Origin: Phaeosaccion multiseriatum
Lineage: Eukaryota > Protista > Ochrophyta, other classes
Assembly: GCA_965112735.1 (NCBI GenBank)
Contig: OZ218953.1
Coordinates: 5,456,001-5,520,000 of the forward strand
Reading direction: 5' to 3'
DNA: 64,000 nt
Part shown: positions 45,001 to 57,563 of the stretch, piece after piece
Position numbering within the stretch: position 1 is the first letter of the stretch
How the letters are laid out: each line of letters starts with the position of its first letter
Translations under genes and position numbers: made by a program
Notes under the pieces: generated by a model
The model's database searches: none
What the model was told of the DNA's origin: nothing
What the model saw: the letters and a program-made list of their open reading frames with translations, nothing else

Positions 45001-48000
45001 CGAGCAGCGACCCCCCCACCTCTGTCAAACTTCCCCTCTCGATGCGCCAGACCTGCGGTAAGTCAGCAAATGTTCCAAGTGTGTGTGTCCATTTTTGCAT
45101 CCGTGCTTGCCTCTATCTCAAGATCCACAATGGGGGACGTCTCTATCTCACTGCTTCTCATCCTCTGTTCCGTGCTCTCTCCCTCTCTCTCTCTTCTTCA
45201 TGGACCCGTGCCTTACTCACCCCATAGGCTGTGCACAATCTTCCAGAGGCTCCAAATGCTCAACTGCTGCATTTCACAGACTAAGGAGCACCCCAACGCA
45301 ATTGCCAGCGTTGCTGTATTACCAATCGGACCCCCTTCAGCACACTCCGACGACAGCCTCGACACAGATACAGACGACGAGGAGGAGGAGGAGGCGCGTG
45401 TTGTTGACCGTGTTGGCGACCGCGACGATGATGATGGGCATGTTGGTGCTACACAGGCTTTGGACTTTTTGGACGTTCTTGATGATGTCCCTGGGAGGGA
45501 GGAGGGAGGGGGAACTGCAGAAGGGGACCACAGAAACAGACAACAGCTTCGGGAGCAGCTTCACTATCACGAGGAGATTTACGAGGAGGAGGAGGAGGAG
45601 GAGGGGGGGGGGGGGGGGGGGCAACAACAGCAGCAGCGGCAGCAGGAGCAGCAGCATGACGAGGAGCAGGGGGGGGAGGAGGATAGGCCCCAAGAGGAAG
45701 GGGTAGAGCAAGAGCAGCAGCAGGAGGCGTCAGACGACACAACTGGAATACACATAAGCGGGCTCCACATCGGCACCGCCGCCACCGGCATCGGCCAAGA
45801 GGTAGAGGCTTCTCCCCACTCGCGCGACGGCCTTGGGCGGGGGCTTGGGCTTGGGGTGGGTGAGGGGAGGGTGGGCATGCGGGTAGGGATGAGGGTGGGT
45901 ATGCTTTCTGATCCCTCCGTCCCCCGCTGCAGCCCCGAGTTGGCCTCCCTCCTGCCCATGACCACCGACATGGTAGAGGAGAGGACCACGCAGCTGCGCA
46001 AGGTGAGCAAGCACGACGAAAGGAAGGAAGGAAGGAAGAATGGATTGAAGGAAGAAAGAAAGGATTGAACGAAGGAAGGAAGGAGGAAGAGAAGCAACGG
46101 TCGATCAATAATGTCTCTCTCATTTATGTGTGTGCGTGAGGCACAAGGGAGAGAGAAATCGGGGGGTTGTGAGGCACAGAGAGAGCGAGAGAGAGAGAGA
46201 TTGGGTGGTTGTGAGGCACAGAGAGAGAGAGAGAGATTGGGTGGTAAAATAACTGACGTGCTCCTCTCGCCCTCTCTCCAATCGTTTCCCGTCCTTCCTC
46301 CTGCCCTCCTTGCCCCCCCCGCCCCTCTGCCCCCTTAGCTGAGTGGATCCAACATGCACCAGCACGCGGCCTGGGAGCGGCACTTGCGCCTCAAGACGGT
46401 GCTGAGCGATATGTCTGCTTTCAAGGCCGCCAACCCCGCCCCCGCAGCAACCTTCGCCGACTTCATCCGGTGGTGAGTGGAGAGACGGAGCAAAGGGCAA
46501 GGAGCAGAGGGGTTTGCAGGGCAGGGCAGGCGTCGAGGAGGGCGGGGCGGAAAGGAAGCGTGACTTGCCTCCCCCAACCCCACCCGCCACTCGCTTCTGA
46601 CGTGGCGTGCACCGCTATTGATGTCGCTATTGGTGTTGCTGTTACTTTTGGTACCGCTGTTGATTTCTTTGCTGTTGCTATTGACTGCTGTTGCCCGAGG
46701 AGCAGGTACAGCCCCGCCAACTGGGAGAGTGACAAAGGCCATGGCAGCAGGGATGGCAGCAGGGATGGCAGCAGGGAGGAGGGGAGCGACACGAAGGGAC
46801 ACAGGGACGCCTCTCCACAGCTTGACTGGCCGGGGCAAGGTCGCGTGGTGTGGGGTAGCGCGGGGGGAGGTGGAGGGACAGGGGAAGAAGAGGAAGCGGA
46901 AGAGGAAGAAGATGAGGAGGGGCTGTGGGAGCGAGGAGTGGGGTGGGATGCTCCTCTGGACGAAGCTGCAGGGGAGGACTGGATGCTTCTCTGGGTAAGT
47001 TCAAATTCAAGTTCCAGAGGGCGCCTTCCGCGGACACCTCTGATTCCGTCTTTCTTTCTTCCTTCTCTCCTTCCTTGCTGTATTGGTGTGTGTCTGTTTT
47101 CTTCTTCTTCGATAAGCGAGCTGGGCGTGTGGTGGTCTCGGCAGCGCTGTATGCGATGCGGTTCAGTCGCACCCACGTTTGGTTGTATCGGTTTGGCCTG
47201 TCTTCTGATGACCTGTCCTATCCGCATTCACTCACTCACTCGTTCACTGGGTGCACTCACTCACACACTCACGGACTCACTCACGGACTCACTCACGGAC
47301 TCACTCGCTCGCTCACTCACCCACTCAATTATTCTGGATGTGAACAAACACACAGGCCGAGAGCCCTGCGGTGCCATCCCGTCAGCAGAAACCTCTTTTC
47401 AATCCCTTAATTGAGGGAGAAAAAGCTCTATATTTCTTGGAGACGGTGAGTGCGGGCTCCATGCAGCCTTCGGGTGTGTGTGCATGTGGAGGATGAGCGG
47501 AATCGGCTCGTCAAGTAACATTTATGTGCATCTCCTGTGCAAGTCGCCCACTCACTCGCGCTCCTCCGTCACCACTCACTCACTCACTCACTCACTCACA
47601 CACTCACTCACTTACTTACTCACTCACTCACTCACTCACTCACTCACTCACTTACTCACTCACTTACTCACTCACTCACTCACTCACTCACTCACTTACT
47701 CACTCACGCACTCACTCACTCACTCACTCACTCACTCACTCACTCACTCACTTACTCACTCACTCACTCACTCACTCACTCACTCACTCTCTCTCTCAAT
47801 TACTCACTCACTCACTCACTCACTCACTCACTCACTCACATGCTGCCCCTCCTCTCAGCTGATCCCCTCGGAGGTTTTGCGGCAGCTGTTGCTTGTGCTA
47901 ATCCAAAGCTCAGACTTCATCCTGCAGCAGGCCGAGTCGGAGGCGTGCTCGCTGCCCACCGTCCAAGGTCAGTCAGAAAGAACAAAGCGTTTTGACTCAG

Positions 48001-49338
48001 TTTTTTCCAGGCAATTAATTGCTCAAGTCGCTCAAGTCTCTCCCCACGGCTCCTCTCTGAACACTTCAATCTCTCTCTCTCTCGCTCAGCGGCCCTGTCC
48101 GAGCTGAGTGCGGCCTCTGCCACGGCGGTGCGGCTCCTTGGGGAGGGGGCGGCGGACGACTCTCTAAGGAGTCAAGCCTTTGGGGGGAGGCAGCAGGGCC
48201 AGGAGGGCCAGGAGGGAGAGGAGGGGAGGGGGGGGGGGCAGCAGCGAGGGGAAGACAAGGACAAGGCTTTAAGCGGAGAGGCGCTGAGCGCTTGCGACCT
48301 CGTGTGTGCGCTCCTCACCAAGACAGAGGTGGGGGCAGGAAGGCGAGAACTTACATGCCACCTCTGCTGCTACTGCCTTGATGCTCTCATGTGCTGTGCT
48401 GTGCTGTTGGTCACACGCGTCTCGCACGCACCCACGACACTGTTTGTTTTCTCGTCTCGGCCTCAACTGAGTCTGTCCTGCCTCGCCCCCCCCCCCTCCA
48501 CAGCTTCTTCTGGTGATGGGCACGAGCTTGCTGCACAAGATGCCTCTGGAGGCCGGGCTTGTGGACATCATCTTGCAGCAGGGAGAGGGACAACTCGTGC
48601 GAATCACCAAAGAGAGTCACCGGGTGCGTATGGAGTGCTTTCCTTGTCTCCCCGCCCCCCCCCTCCTCGCCCCCTGCTCTTCTCTCTTCCCCCCCCCCTC
48701 CTCGCCTTGGCGTGGCTGTCTTGGGCCTAACAACTGCAAGAGGCCGTATGATATTCGATTTCACTACTACTACTACGAGTACCGAAGTGCTTTCCCTTTC
48801 AGTCACCCTCTCACTTCGTCCTGCCCCTGCTGCGCTTCGAGCATTCTGTGTCCCGACTGAACCTCTCTCACACACACACACACATACTCAGGCTGTGCTT
48901 GGCCGCTTGGTGAGCTCCGAGGGGGACGGGCTGTGGCATGAAGCCCTTCGTCAGGACAAGGACAGGGGCAGGGAGGGAAGGAATCACTCCCATGCCAGCA
49001 GCCACGCCAGCATCAGCAGCGTCGCCAGCAGCGATGGGCAGGAAGGAGAGGAGGAGCGAGAGGAAGGCACCGAGGAGGGCTTGCTCGTTGTAAAGCCCGC
49101 TTGCAGGCCTGCTCGCGAAGAGTATTGCTTGTGGGACGGGGTGGTGAGCCCTGTTGGTGGCCCTATTGGTGCACCAGAGGACGTTGGCAGGCGTGGTGGC
49201 AGTCGTATGGGCGAGGGCGAGGTAGGGAAGCGGCACCTTCCTCACGTGGCTCTGAACCCTCTCGGCAGCAGCCGCCTCTACGCCTTCACAGACGGTGCCG
49301 TGCTGAGGCTCGGGCTGAGCACCGCCCACCAAGATTGA
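41291..49338 (+). CDS. RAB3GAP1: Rab3 GTPase-activating protein catalytic subunit, multi-exon
   Basis: N-terminal DYSCATDFEHFVNDIETVLRKW, then GAPIGRLLSLF, PDLR|LCTIFQRLQMLNCCI, PMTTDMVEE, LSDMSAFKAANP..TFADFIRW and C-terminal PAREEY..SRLYA. Confidence 0.9.
47569..47840. repeat. Intronic (CTCA)n microsatellite immediately upstream of an acceptor
   Basis: About 65 ACTC units ending ~18 nt before ctctcag|ctgatc at 47858. A shorter array lies at ~47229-47320. Confidence 0.95.
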
Positions 49339-49433
49339 TTGAGGGCAGGCACGGTTGTGTCTTGTAATATACTATTTGTCATATATTCATTGTAGCCCGG
49401 CGTGTTAGGCTGCGCTGTGCTCGGGTCAGAGAG

Positions 49434-50050
49434 TCAGCCCAGCAGCATCTCGAAGAAGCAAGTGAGGAGGTTCAAGGCTATTAATGGCACGCGTAGATAG
49501 GCCATTGCGTTGATCAAACCTGCGGATGGAGGCGAGAGAGAGACACACACGTCAGCGCACATAAGCAACGCAATGCGCGCAATGCTGAACCCCCCAGCCT
49601 GCCACCTCGCTCTCTAACCTATGGCCTGGTTTTTAAGGCTCGCAGCTCCCAGTGCGGGGTCCACTTCTGCCCAGCCATCTGCAAGGAGGAGAGACGCGCG
49701 GTGGTCCGTTCGTGGATCAGGCGGGACAGAAAAGCAAGGAGATGAGCATCAGTAAATACTCGGGGCTTGCCGAAAAGGTGTGAGCCGAACTAGTTCCTCG
49801 TCTTCGCCACTAAGTACCAAGCAGAGAAACAGACTCAACTCCAACACCCCAAAAAATAGCGGACCGTTAGGAAGGAACTAGTGGCTGGCGCCTCCACGAG
49901 CGAAACAATAGGGGCCGGGAAGGGTGAGGGGAGAGGTGAGAAACCCGGTCCTTACTTACATCTTCGTAGTAAGCGGTCCTTGTGCAAGATGGTGACGGAG
50001 TTCGAGACAAGCAGGCCGGCTTTGAACAGATTGAAGAGAGTGAAACCCAT
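49434..50050 (-). CDS. YOS1: Yos1 / IER3IP1 ER-Golgi transport protein (3 short exons; absent from the ORF track)
   Basis: Spliced product MGFTLFNLFKAGLLVSNSVTILHKDRLLRR-Y-GWAEVDPALGAASLKNQAI-G-LINAMAYLRVPLIALNLLTCFFEMLLG*, with canonical GT-AG introns. Confidence 0.88.
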
Positions 50051-50366
50051 CACTCTCCGCGCACTACCCTCCCCACCGTTCCCAGCCTTCTTCCACCTAG
50101 CGCAGGGGGGGTTGGCCCGTTCTTTATTTCCTCCCCACCCCCAGTACAGCCCCCCACTCCTCCTGCTGCTCCTAATGCGTCGGGAAGCACCTCTATCCTA
50201 TGCAATTTTAGGCGCGTAGCGTCAGCAAGGCTTCTGTGGGCGAAGAGAGAGAGAGAGAGGGGGGGAGGGAGAGTGAGAGAGAAACAAGTGCGACAGTAAG
50301 TCAGTGAGAACGGATGGCAGCAGATGGCTCTATGTGATCGATCCAACTGTTGATGGCATAAAGAAC

Positions 50367-51674
50367 ATGCATGCTCCGCAGGAGGATCCAGTGTCCGTGT
50401 ACCTCAGGGAGGCGAGCAAGCTGCACACTCCCCCTGCAGACGGCCTGGTGACAGCTCTCGGAGATGCTCGAGCGGACGAGCCGTTCAGGGTTGCAGTCCC
50501 GAGTTTGGATGACGAGCAGGTTAGAGGAGTGTAAAAGAAGACTTGTACCACTTGGCCCCTTTTGTCCCTCTTTGACCGTTAGAAGAATCCCCTCTGTGGC
50601 GAAGTCCTGTATCTCCCTGTTGACTGTTCCCTCCTTAAACGCTCTCCAACCCTTGCCAGCTACACTGTTTGGCATTGACCCTCGCCGCACCCAGTGTGAA
50701 TATGACCGCCCTTCGGCTGCAGAACGGGACCTATGGCGTAGACGGCCTACAGGTATTGCGAGAGAGCGAGAGAGATTCTCCGTCTTGTCACGAGACGATT
50801 TTAGAAAGAATGTTTTTTTAGGAAAGACTGTTGGGGAGTTGGGACGGAAGACTCTGGAAGTATTCACCGCTACCCAGAGATCAGAATCAATCCTTGTCCC
50901 CCTTTTCCAAGCTCAGCACCAACTGATAACTCCGCACCACTGCAACTGCGCCCATCTCATCAGGCGCTGGCAGGGGCGCTCTCCTGTTGTGAGAGGGTGC
51001 AGCTGCTGGACCTCTCGTCCACCCCCTTGCAGGACGACGGCGTTGCAGCCCTCTGCCGCGGCCTCAATGAGAGGCGAACAATTGGCAGTGGGGGCAGTGG
51101 GGCACTCACACCGAGGAAGAGCTGCGGGCTGACCGAGCTCGACCTGAGCCGCAGCGGCATGTCTACGTACGGGCTCGAGGTGCTCGTCAACACTGTGGCC
51201 CTTATGCCTGACATAGCCACCCTGCGCCTCGAGGACAATGGCTTGCCCAGGGAGGCGGGCCCTATCCTAGGCAAGGCGGCCAAGGGCAGGCACGGGGGCG
51301 TGGCGTGTCTCTTTCTACGCGGAAATGACTTGGGAGACTTTGGCACGGCGGGCTTCGCCGGGGCTCTGGGTGCGCAGGTCAGGCCGCACAATGGAGCCGC
51401 TCCTCTCGCTGTGAAGCTTAGGCATCTCGACTTGAGCGCAAATGGGATTGGAGACGCAGGCGTCGAGGCCCTTTGCAACGTGAGTGACACGCGTGGGGGG
51501 GGGGGGTCTGCTGCGTGCAATGTTGTCGCATTGTCTTACCACAAGGAACCTTTTGCCCTCACCCCTCATAACCCAACCTCTTCGCAGGGGCTGAGGAAGC
51601 TCTCGTCTCTTTCCGACCAGCAGCATGGGCAGCACCAGCACCACCAGCACCAGCGGCGAGAGTCTCACTCTCAC

Positions 51675-51707
<33 letters not shown>

Positions 51708-53605
51708 CCAGCTGCCGGGCCATGTACTCTGAGACATCTCGAGCTCAGCAACAACACCATCACTGACGACGGGGCTGCCGCTCTGAGCAGGCTGCTGGGC
51801 GAGGCCGGGGAGGGTCTACGTCTGGAGTGTCTGGGCCTGGCAGACAATAACATCGGGGCAGGAGGCGCAACTCAGCTCCTCACCAGCGTGGGTACGAGCA
51901 GCGCAAGCCTCCGCGTGCTCGATCTCACTCGGGCTGAGGTGACCGCTGCCGTGCTGCGAACCGCGGGGGCCGTGCTCAGTCAGAACTCGTCTCTGGAGCA
52001 GCTCTTCCTCGTGGTGAGGGGCGAAGGGGGGAGGAGGAGAGAGGAGGGCTCAAATTGGGATGGCAATGGAATATCAGCAGAGTGAAGAGCTCATTCCGAA
52101 GCACCTCCCCTTCTTGCTTCTTCTCCTCGCGGTACTGACTGAGTGCACCCTGACCCTGACCATCATGTCATTCACTCCTCCACACCCCTGCTGCCCTGCT
52201 GCTCATCCTCCTCCTGCAGCCCAGCAGCAGCACGGCAGAGAGAATGGCCAATGTAGGTGGTGACTAAGTCACTGAATGGGGTGTGTGGCGGGACGGACAC
52301 GCGTGTGTTTCGATTACTTCGCCGCTTCCCTCCTCCTGCCCCTCTTGCCCCGGCCGAGTCTTTTCTGAGCGTTCGCCCCTCCTGCGTTACACGCCTTCGC
52401 TCGTGCTGTATGCTGTCTGTGGTCCCTCCTCCTCCGTCTCCTCCTCCTCCTCCTTCTTCTTCTTCTTCTTCTTCTTCTTCTTCTTCTTCTTCTTCTTCTT
52501 CTTCTTCTTCTTCTTCTTCTTCTTCTTCTTCTTCTTCTTCTTCTTCTTCTTCTTCTTCTTCTTCTTCTTCTTCTTCTTCTTCTTCTTCTTCTTCTTCTTC
52601 TTCTTCTTCTTCTTCTTCTCCTTCTCCTTCTCCTCCTCCTCCTCCTCCTCCTCCTTTCTTCTCCTCCTCCTCCTCCTCCTCCTCCTCCTTTCTTCTCCTC
52701 CTCCTCCCCACCACCACCCCCAACCCTCACACACAAACTCATGCGTAATTCATGGATTGATTCCCGTAAGTCAAAATCTAACCCCCTCACCCTCCCTGGA
52801 TGTGTCCTCTCTCTCTAAGGACCCGTACGTCAAGACGGAGATGAGGGCCTCTCTCAGCGACTTGATGGTGGGGTCTGCAGGCAACACAAGCCTCGTGGAG
52901 CTCCGCCTGGGGGCCATCACTGACATATTCGGCTCCGACCCAGCCATTCGCGCGCTGCACTACACGACCGAGATCAACGCCAACAACGTCACGGGCCTGG
53001 GGGGGGGCGAGCTCCAGCGAGAGAGAGAGAGAGAGCGCCACAAGAGGAGCTCGAGGGACTCGGTGGCGGGGTCACTGAGCCGCACCATGAGCGCCGCCTC
53101 CAACACGGGCACTGACACTTCCCTCGCCACTCTGTCTCCTCAGCAGCAGCAAGAGAGGCAGGAGAGAGGCCATAGAGCATCCTTTTCATCCGCTTCATCG
53201 TCCGTATCGGGAGTAGCAGTAGGGGTCCAGCGGCGAGGCACCGGGAGCCCAAACGTCCAGCCAGCGGCACCGGCCCCTCTGTCCTCCAGCCAACAGTCTC
53301 ACCTCTCACAAGACTCCCAGGACTCCTCCGCTGACTCCGCTGACTCCGCTGACGACATACTCCGGCAGGCCGCCGCCACGCTGCGCAAGAGAGAGGCGTG
53401 CTCGGGAAGGGTAACGGTGTTGGAAAGGGGCTTCAGGGAAGCGCTCCAAGCCACGCCCAAGCCCCTGCCAGTCAGAGATGCGCCACTGCCGCACGAGGAC
53501 CTTAAGGAGGACGACGAGAACAAGGAGGGGCAGCAGCAGAGACCACCGCAGCCCCAGCCCCAGCAGCAGCAGCGACAGGTGGGGTGGAGGGTGGGAGGGT
53601 TGGCA

Positions 53606-53639
<34 letters not shown>

Positions 53640-54598
53640 TGAGAGAGAGTTAGTTGTGAGCTTCGTCGTCTTCGTGCTCTCCCCCCCCCACCGCCCTCTC
53701 ACCGCCTCACTCCCCCCCCCCCACTCTTCTGTAACTGTCTATCCCATGCCCTATGACCTCCCGCAGCCCCCTTCCCTGCAGTCCTTCACACTGGAGCAAG
53801 TCACGCGAATCGCGGAGGAAGCGTCCAGGAAGGCGGTTGCGGCGGCGGCTCTGTCGTGGCAGGTCGGTCAAGCACAGCCCAGCGCAGCATTACACAGCAC
53901 TGTTGCAGGCATCATTGTGTGTGGTAATCGTCGTAACTGTCCTGTCTATTGTGTCATGGCAGGGTAGCCTGCCTGTGTTGTCCCCCGTCGTCGCCGTCGG
54001 AGAGCGGCCCGATCCCCATCTCCACGCCCACCCCCCATGAAGTTACCATTAAGGACCATTCTCCTCCCACCCCCCTCTGCCATCCCCTCAGCAGTGTCCC
54101 AACCAATGCATGTCCTCTTCTCCTGCACGCATGTCCCACTTTGGTTCCCTGTCACCAGAGCCAGCTGCGCGAGAGCGTCGCTTTGGCCATGAAGGAGAAG
54201 GAGGCAAGGTGGGCCGCTGGGCTGGCAGAGGCGCAGCAGCAGCAGAGGGAGGGGCTGCAGCAGCTGAGAGAGGGGCTGGAGAGTTTGCAGCGGGAGATGA
54301 AGTGGGTGGACGAGGAGGCGCTGAGGGGCAAGGTGGAGGCCGAGCAGAGGCAGCAGGGCCTCGCAGACCAAGTTAGGGACGTGTCTGACCGGACGGGGAA
54401 GATGCAGGTGCGTGCGTGCGTGAGTAAGATACACGTGAGCGATGCGATGCTCTCCTCCCCCCTCCCTTCCCCTCCCCCCCTCCTTCTTCTGGGCTCAGCA
54501 CCTTCCTCTCCCCTCCTCCTTATTCTGTGCCCTGTGCACGATTGGCTCCTGAGACTCTCTAACAATGCTCCCGCTTACGCTCTTGTCCATGCCCTGCG

Positions 54599-54629
<31 letters not shown>

Positions 54630-55665
54630 TCTGTGTATGTGTTTTGTGCTTGCGTGTGTGTCACCCGAAGGAGGTGCAGGAGGATGTGGTTGGCCGCTTG
54701 GACGAGCTGTACAGGTTGGTGATACAGGAGCAGCAGCAGCAGCAAGACCAGGACGAGAAGTTCTACGACATTACGAGCGTGCTGACCGAGCTCGACAACA
54801 GAGTGGGGGAGCTCTTCAGCAGGATACGCCCGCCGCACGAGCAGGGGGGGGACAACGCCAATGGCACTGTTCCGCAGGACGGAGACAAGACCGCAGGGGG
54901 AGGGAGCGATGTGGCGCAGGTGAGGAGGGGTCCTACCCTGCCCTGCGCTGTATCACCAACTGCTCTGCCTGGTCGCGTCGCCCGTCCTCTCGTGCGTGTG
55001 CTGTGCCTGTCCTGATTCATCTTTCTCCTGTCGTGCCGTTCCACATGCTTGGTTTGGCTTGCTCTTCTCTCTCGCTACTTGGCTTCCTCTTCTCTGTGGG
55101 AAGCAGGCTCAGACGAAGCTTGCTACCGACTTGTCACTCCTCAAGGTAAGCACTGCGCCGCACACGGGGGGGTGGATATATATAAAAATAGCTCGTTTGC
55201 TTCTCTTGCCTCTTGCCGTTACTTGCTTCACCACCTTTAGCTTGGAGCTCTGAGTCTTGGGCCGCACTGACCTCGATGCACTCTCTTACAGGAGGAGTGG
55301 GCTGCGGCACTGCTCGGGCTGGAGAGCAAGGCAGACACCAAGAGGAGCATCGATAAGAGACACATCGAGGGGCGCTGCGACGCTGTGGCCAAGCAAGTCA
55401 AGGTGAGTGTTGGCTATCCATTGCTATCCACTACCATCCACTGCCATCCACTGCCATCCACTGCCATCCACAGCCGTCCACTGTTGTCGGCATGATCGGG
55501 AGGCCGAAGGTGCAGCTAACTTATAGGGAACTGACTTCACTCACGCTCCACTGACTTCCACTCACTCTCCTCCGTCCATTCATTCAGGCGCTTCGCGAGA
55601 GCTTCGTGAAGCTTGAGGAGGACAACGTGGCGATCATTGAAGCCCTGTTGGGGCAGCAAATATGA
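50367..55665 (+). CDS. Ribonuclease-inhibitor-like leucine-rich repeat protein with a C-terminal coiled coil, multi-exon
   Basis: Repeats LTELDLSRSGMS, LRHLDLSANGIGDAGVEAL, LRHLELSNNTITDDGAAAL and LGLADNNIGAGGA. Coiled-coil exons at 54160-55400. Start codon uncertain. Confidence 0.75.
52426..52710. repeat. Polypyrimidine tract with a pure (CTT)n core (about 55 units), probably intronic
   Basis: Uninterrupted ttc repeats at ~52452-52619, flanked by (CCT)n. Confidence 0.95.
55414..55483. repeat. Intronic 10-bp minisatellite (ccatccactg-like, 6-7 copies)
   Basis: ctatccattg ctatccacta ccatccactg ccatccactg ccatccactg ccatccacag.. Confidence 0.8.
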
Positions 55666-55828
55666 CCCTGCAGTGAGCTAAGTTCAGTACTGGGGCAGCA
55701 AGTGTGACCACGCATGTAATTGCAAGTAGAGCAGACTAGCCGTTCATTCAGCCGAACGTGTGGATACGGTGATGGTGCGGATAAAGGCGCGGACATCATC
55801 GCTCTACTCAATCAATGAATCAAGGGGT

Positions 55829-57499
55829 TCACTGCTCACTGATGAGCTGGGATGAGAGGTCCTCAGCGCTGTTGTTGGGCAAGTACACGAAGGATGTCGA
55901 TGCCGTTCCCGTTCCAAATGCGCCGCTCCGTGGCCTTGCCGTTGTCCTTCCCCTCTCCCGGCCTCCTCCTCTTCCTGCTCCTCTTCCTCCTCCTGCGCTC
56001 TCAGCCTGCCCGGCACTGCTAAGACTAGTCGGCTCCTGCCCATATACCTGCCCGGCACCGCCAAGACTAGTCTGCTCCTGCCCATGTACCTCTACCTGCT
56101 TCACGCTCAGCCGTAGAGGTGGGCCAGGTATGTCCAGCACCCCCCCTCCTGCTCCTCCCCCTCCTGCTCCTCCCTGGAGGGCGTACCCGTACTGCAGATG
56201 CTCCTGCTGGTGCCGCTGGTGCTGGTGCTGCTGGTGGTGCGACATACGGGTCTGGGGGGGAGACGAGTCGGGAGGCGTGGGGAAGTGCGGTGCAGTCCCT
56301 AAGGCAGGGTCGACTCGAGGAGAAGGCGAAGACCTCGAAGACCTCGCCCCGCCGGACAGAGGGGATGCTCGACCCCCCGGGGAGCCGCTCACTGCCGAAG
56401 CCAGTCCCAGGGGGGGAAGCGTCTTGCTGCAGGGCTCACTCTCAGCATCACACGCGTCATAGTCCGCTGTCTCTGCCTCTGCAGCTTCAGTACCGAACGA
56501 GCACTCATCGTCTTGTTCTCCTCCTGCTTCTTCCTCTCCCTCTGGCCCGAGGCTTGCCACAGTTATGGGGGTAGTCACACGGGCAGCTCCCCCCCCCAGG
56601 GCCCTCTTGCGCTGCTCCCTTTGCCTGACTTGCTCGTCGTAGGCCCACCTCTTCTCGGCCGTTTCTCTGATCTGTTGGCGATCCCTCTGAGCGGCGCTTT
56701 GTCTCTCGCTGAAGCGCTGCTCCATATCTAGATAGATGCGGTACCTTTTAATATACACAACACACGCGCACACGCGCAGAAAGGGGAGGAAAGAGGAAAG
56801 ATCTTCACGTTCAGTTTCTGCCGCTCTGGACCCTTGAACCCTTCGAGGCAGCCCTCAGATCCCCGAACGCACCGACTGCTTCAGCTTCCACCTCTCCGCG
56901 CCACCCCTCCCTCCTTCCTCCTGTAAGTCAATGAAAGTCCCCTCCTTCCATGCCTCTCCTCCGTCTCACTCACCTGTCGTGTGCCCTCTGCGTCTTCTGC
57001 TGCTGCACACCCCCCCGCCTCTCCTCCTGCTGCTCTTCCCTGCGAACTCTGTGTGCGTGCGTCTTGATGTACCGCAGCAAAGTGCCCGTGTTGTTATGGA
57101 AACGCCTGCCCTGTCTCTCCACCTGACAGGCCTGTCCCCTCCTTCGATGCTGTTCCCTGAGCTCTGCCTGCACCTGACTTCTTCGCTGCTCTGAGGCGGT
57201 GTCATGTGCTCTTAGCTTCTCCTCGAGCAACATTTTGCCCCTGGTGGTCTGCTCGAGCTGCTGCACCCTCCCCACCTCTCTGATGTGGCGAGAGACTTCT
57301 TTGCGCAGGGCCAGGCTCTTCCTCCCCGCCGCCACTCTGTCCTCCAGGCTCTGCTTGCGCTTCTCTTGCTCCGTCTGAGGAGCAAAGAGGAAAGGAGGAG
57401 AGAGGAGAGGACAATAGAGAAGAGGCAGGCAAATGAGTATAGAGGAGGGAAGAAGCGAAGAAGGAGATGGAGCAGCGGTTCGCGAACTTCATTTTCGCC
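55829..57499 (-). CDS. Hypothetical coiled-coil protein, 3' exons; 5' end probably beyond the satellite
   Basis: Acceptor-bounded exons TEQEKRKQSLEDRVAAGRKSLALRKE.. and ..MEQRFSERQSAAQRDRQQIRE.. Polypyrimidine tract plus cag acceptor at ~57500. Confidence 0.55.
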
Positions 57500-57563
57500 T
57501 CTGTGGGGGAGGAGACAGGGGGGGAGGGGGGCGGAGCCACAACTCCTCGCCTGGACGCATGAC

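Noticed and set aside
47478-48107. THSL-repeat ORFs (also the SQSV and CLSV ORFs at 25.2-25.9 kb)
   Set aside because: Artefacts of intronic tetranucleotide microsatellites.
49740-49815. Possible intronic C/D snoRNA in Yos1 intron 1
   Set aside because: A CTGA D-box is present, but there is no good RTGATGA C-box or recognisable rRNA antisense element.
52172-52790. Poly-E/K/R/F/S ORFs
   Set aside because: Translations of the (CTT)n tract in all frames; not credible proteins.
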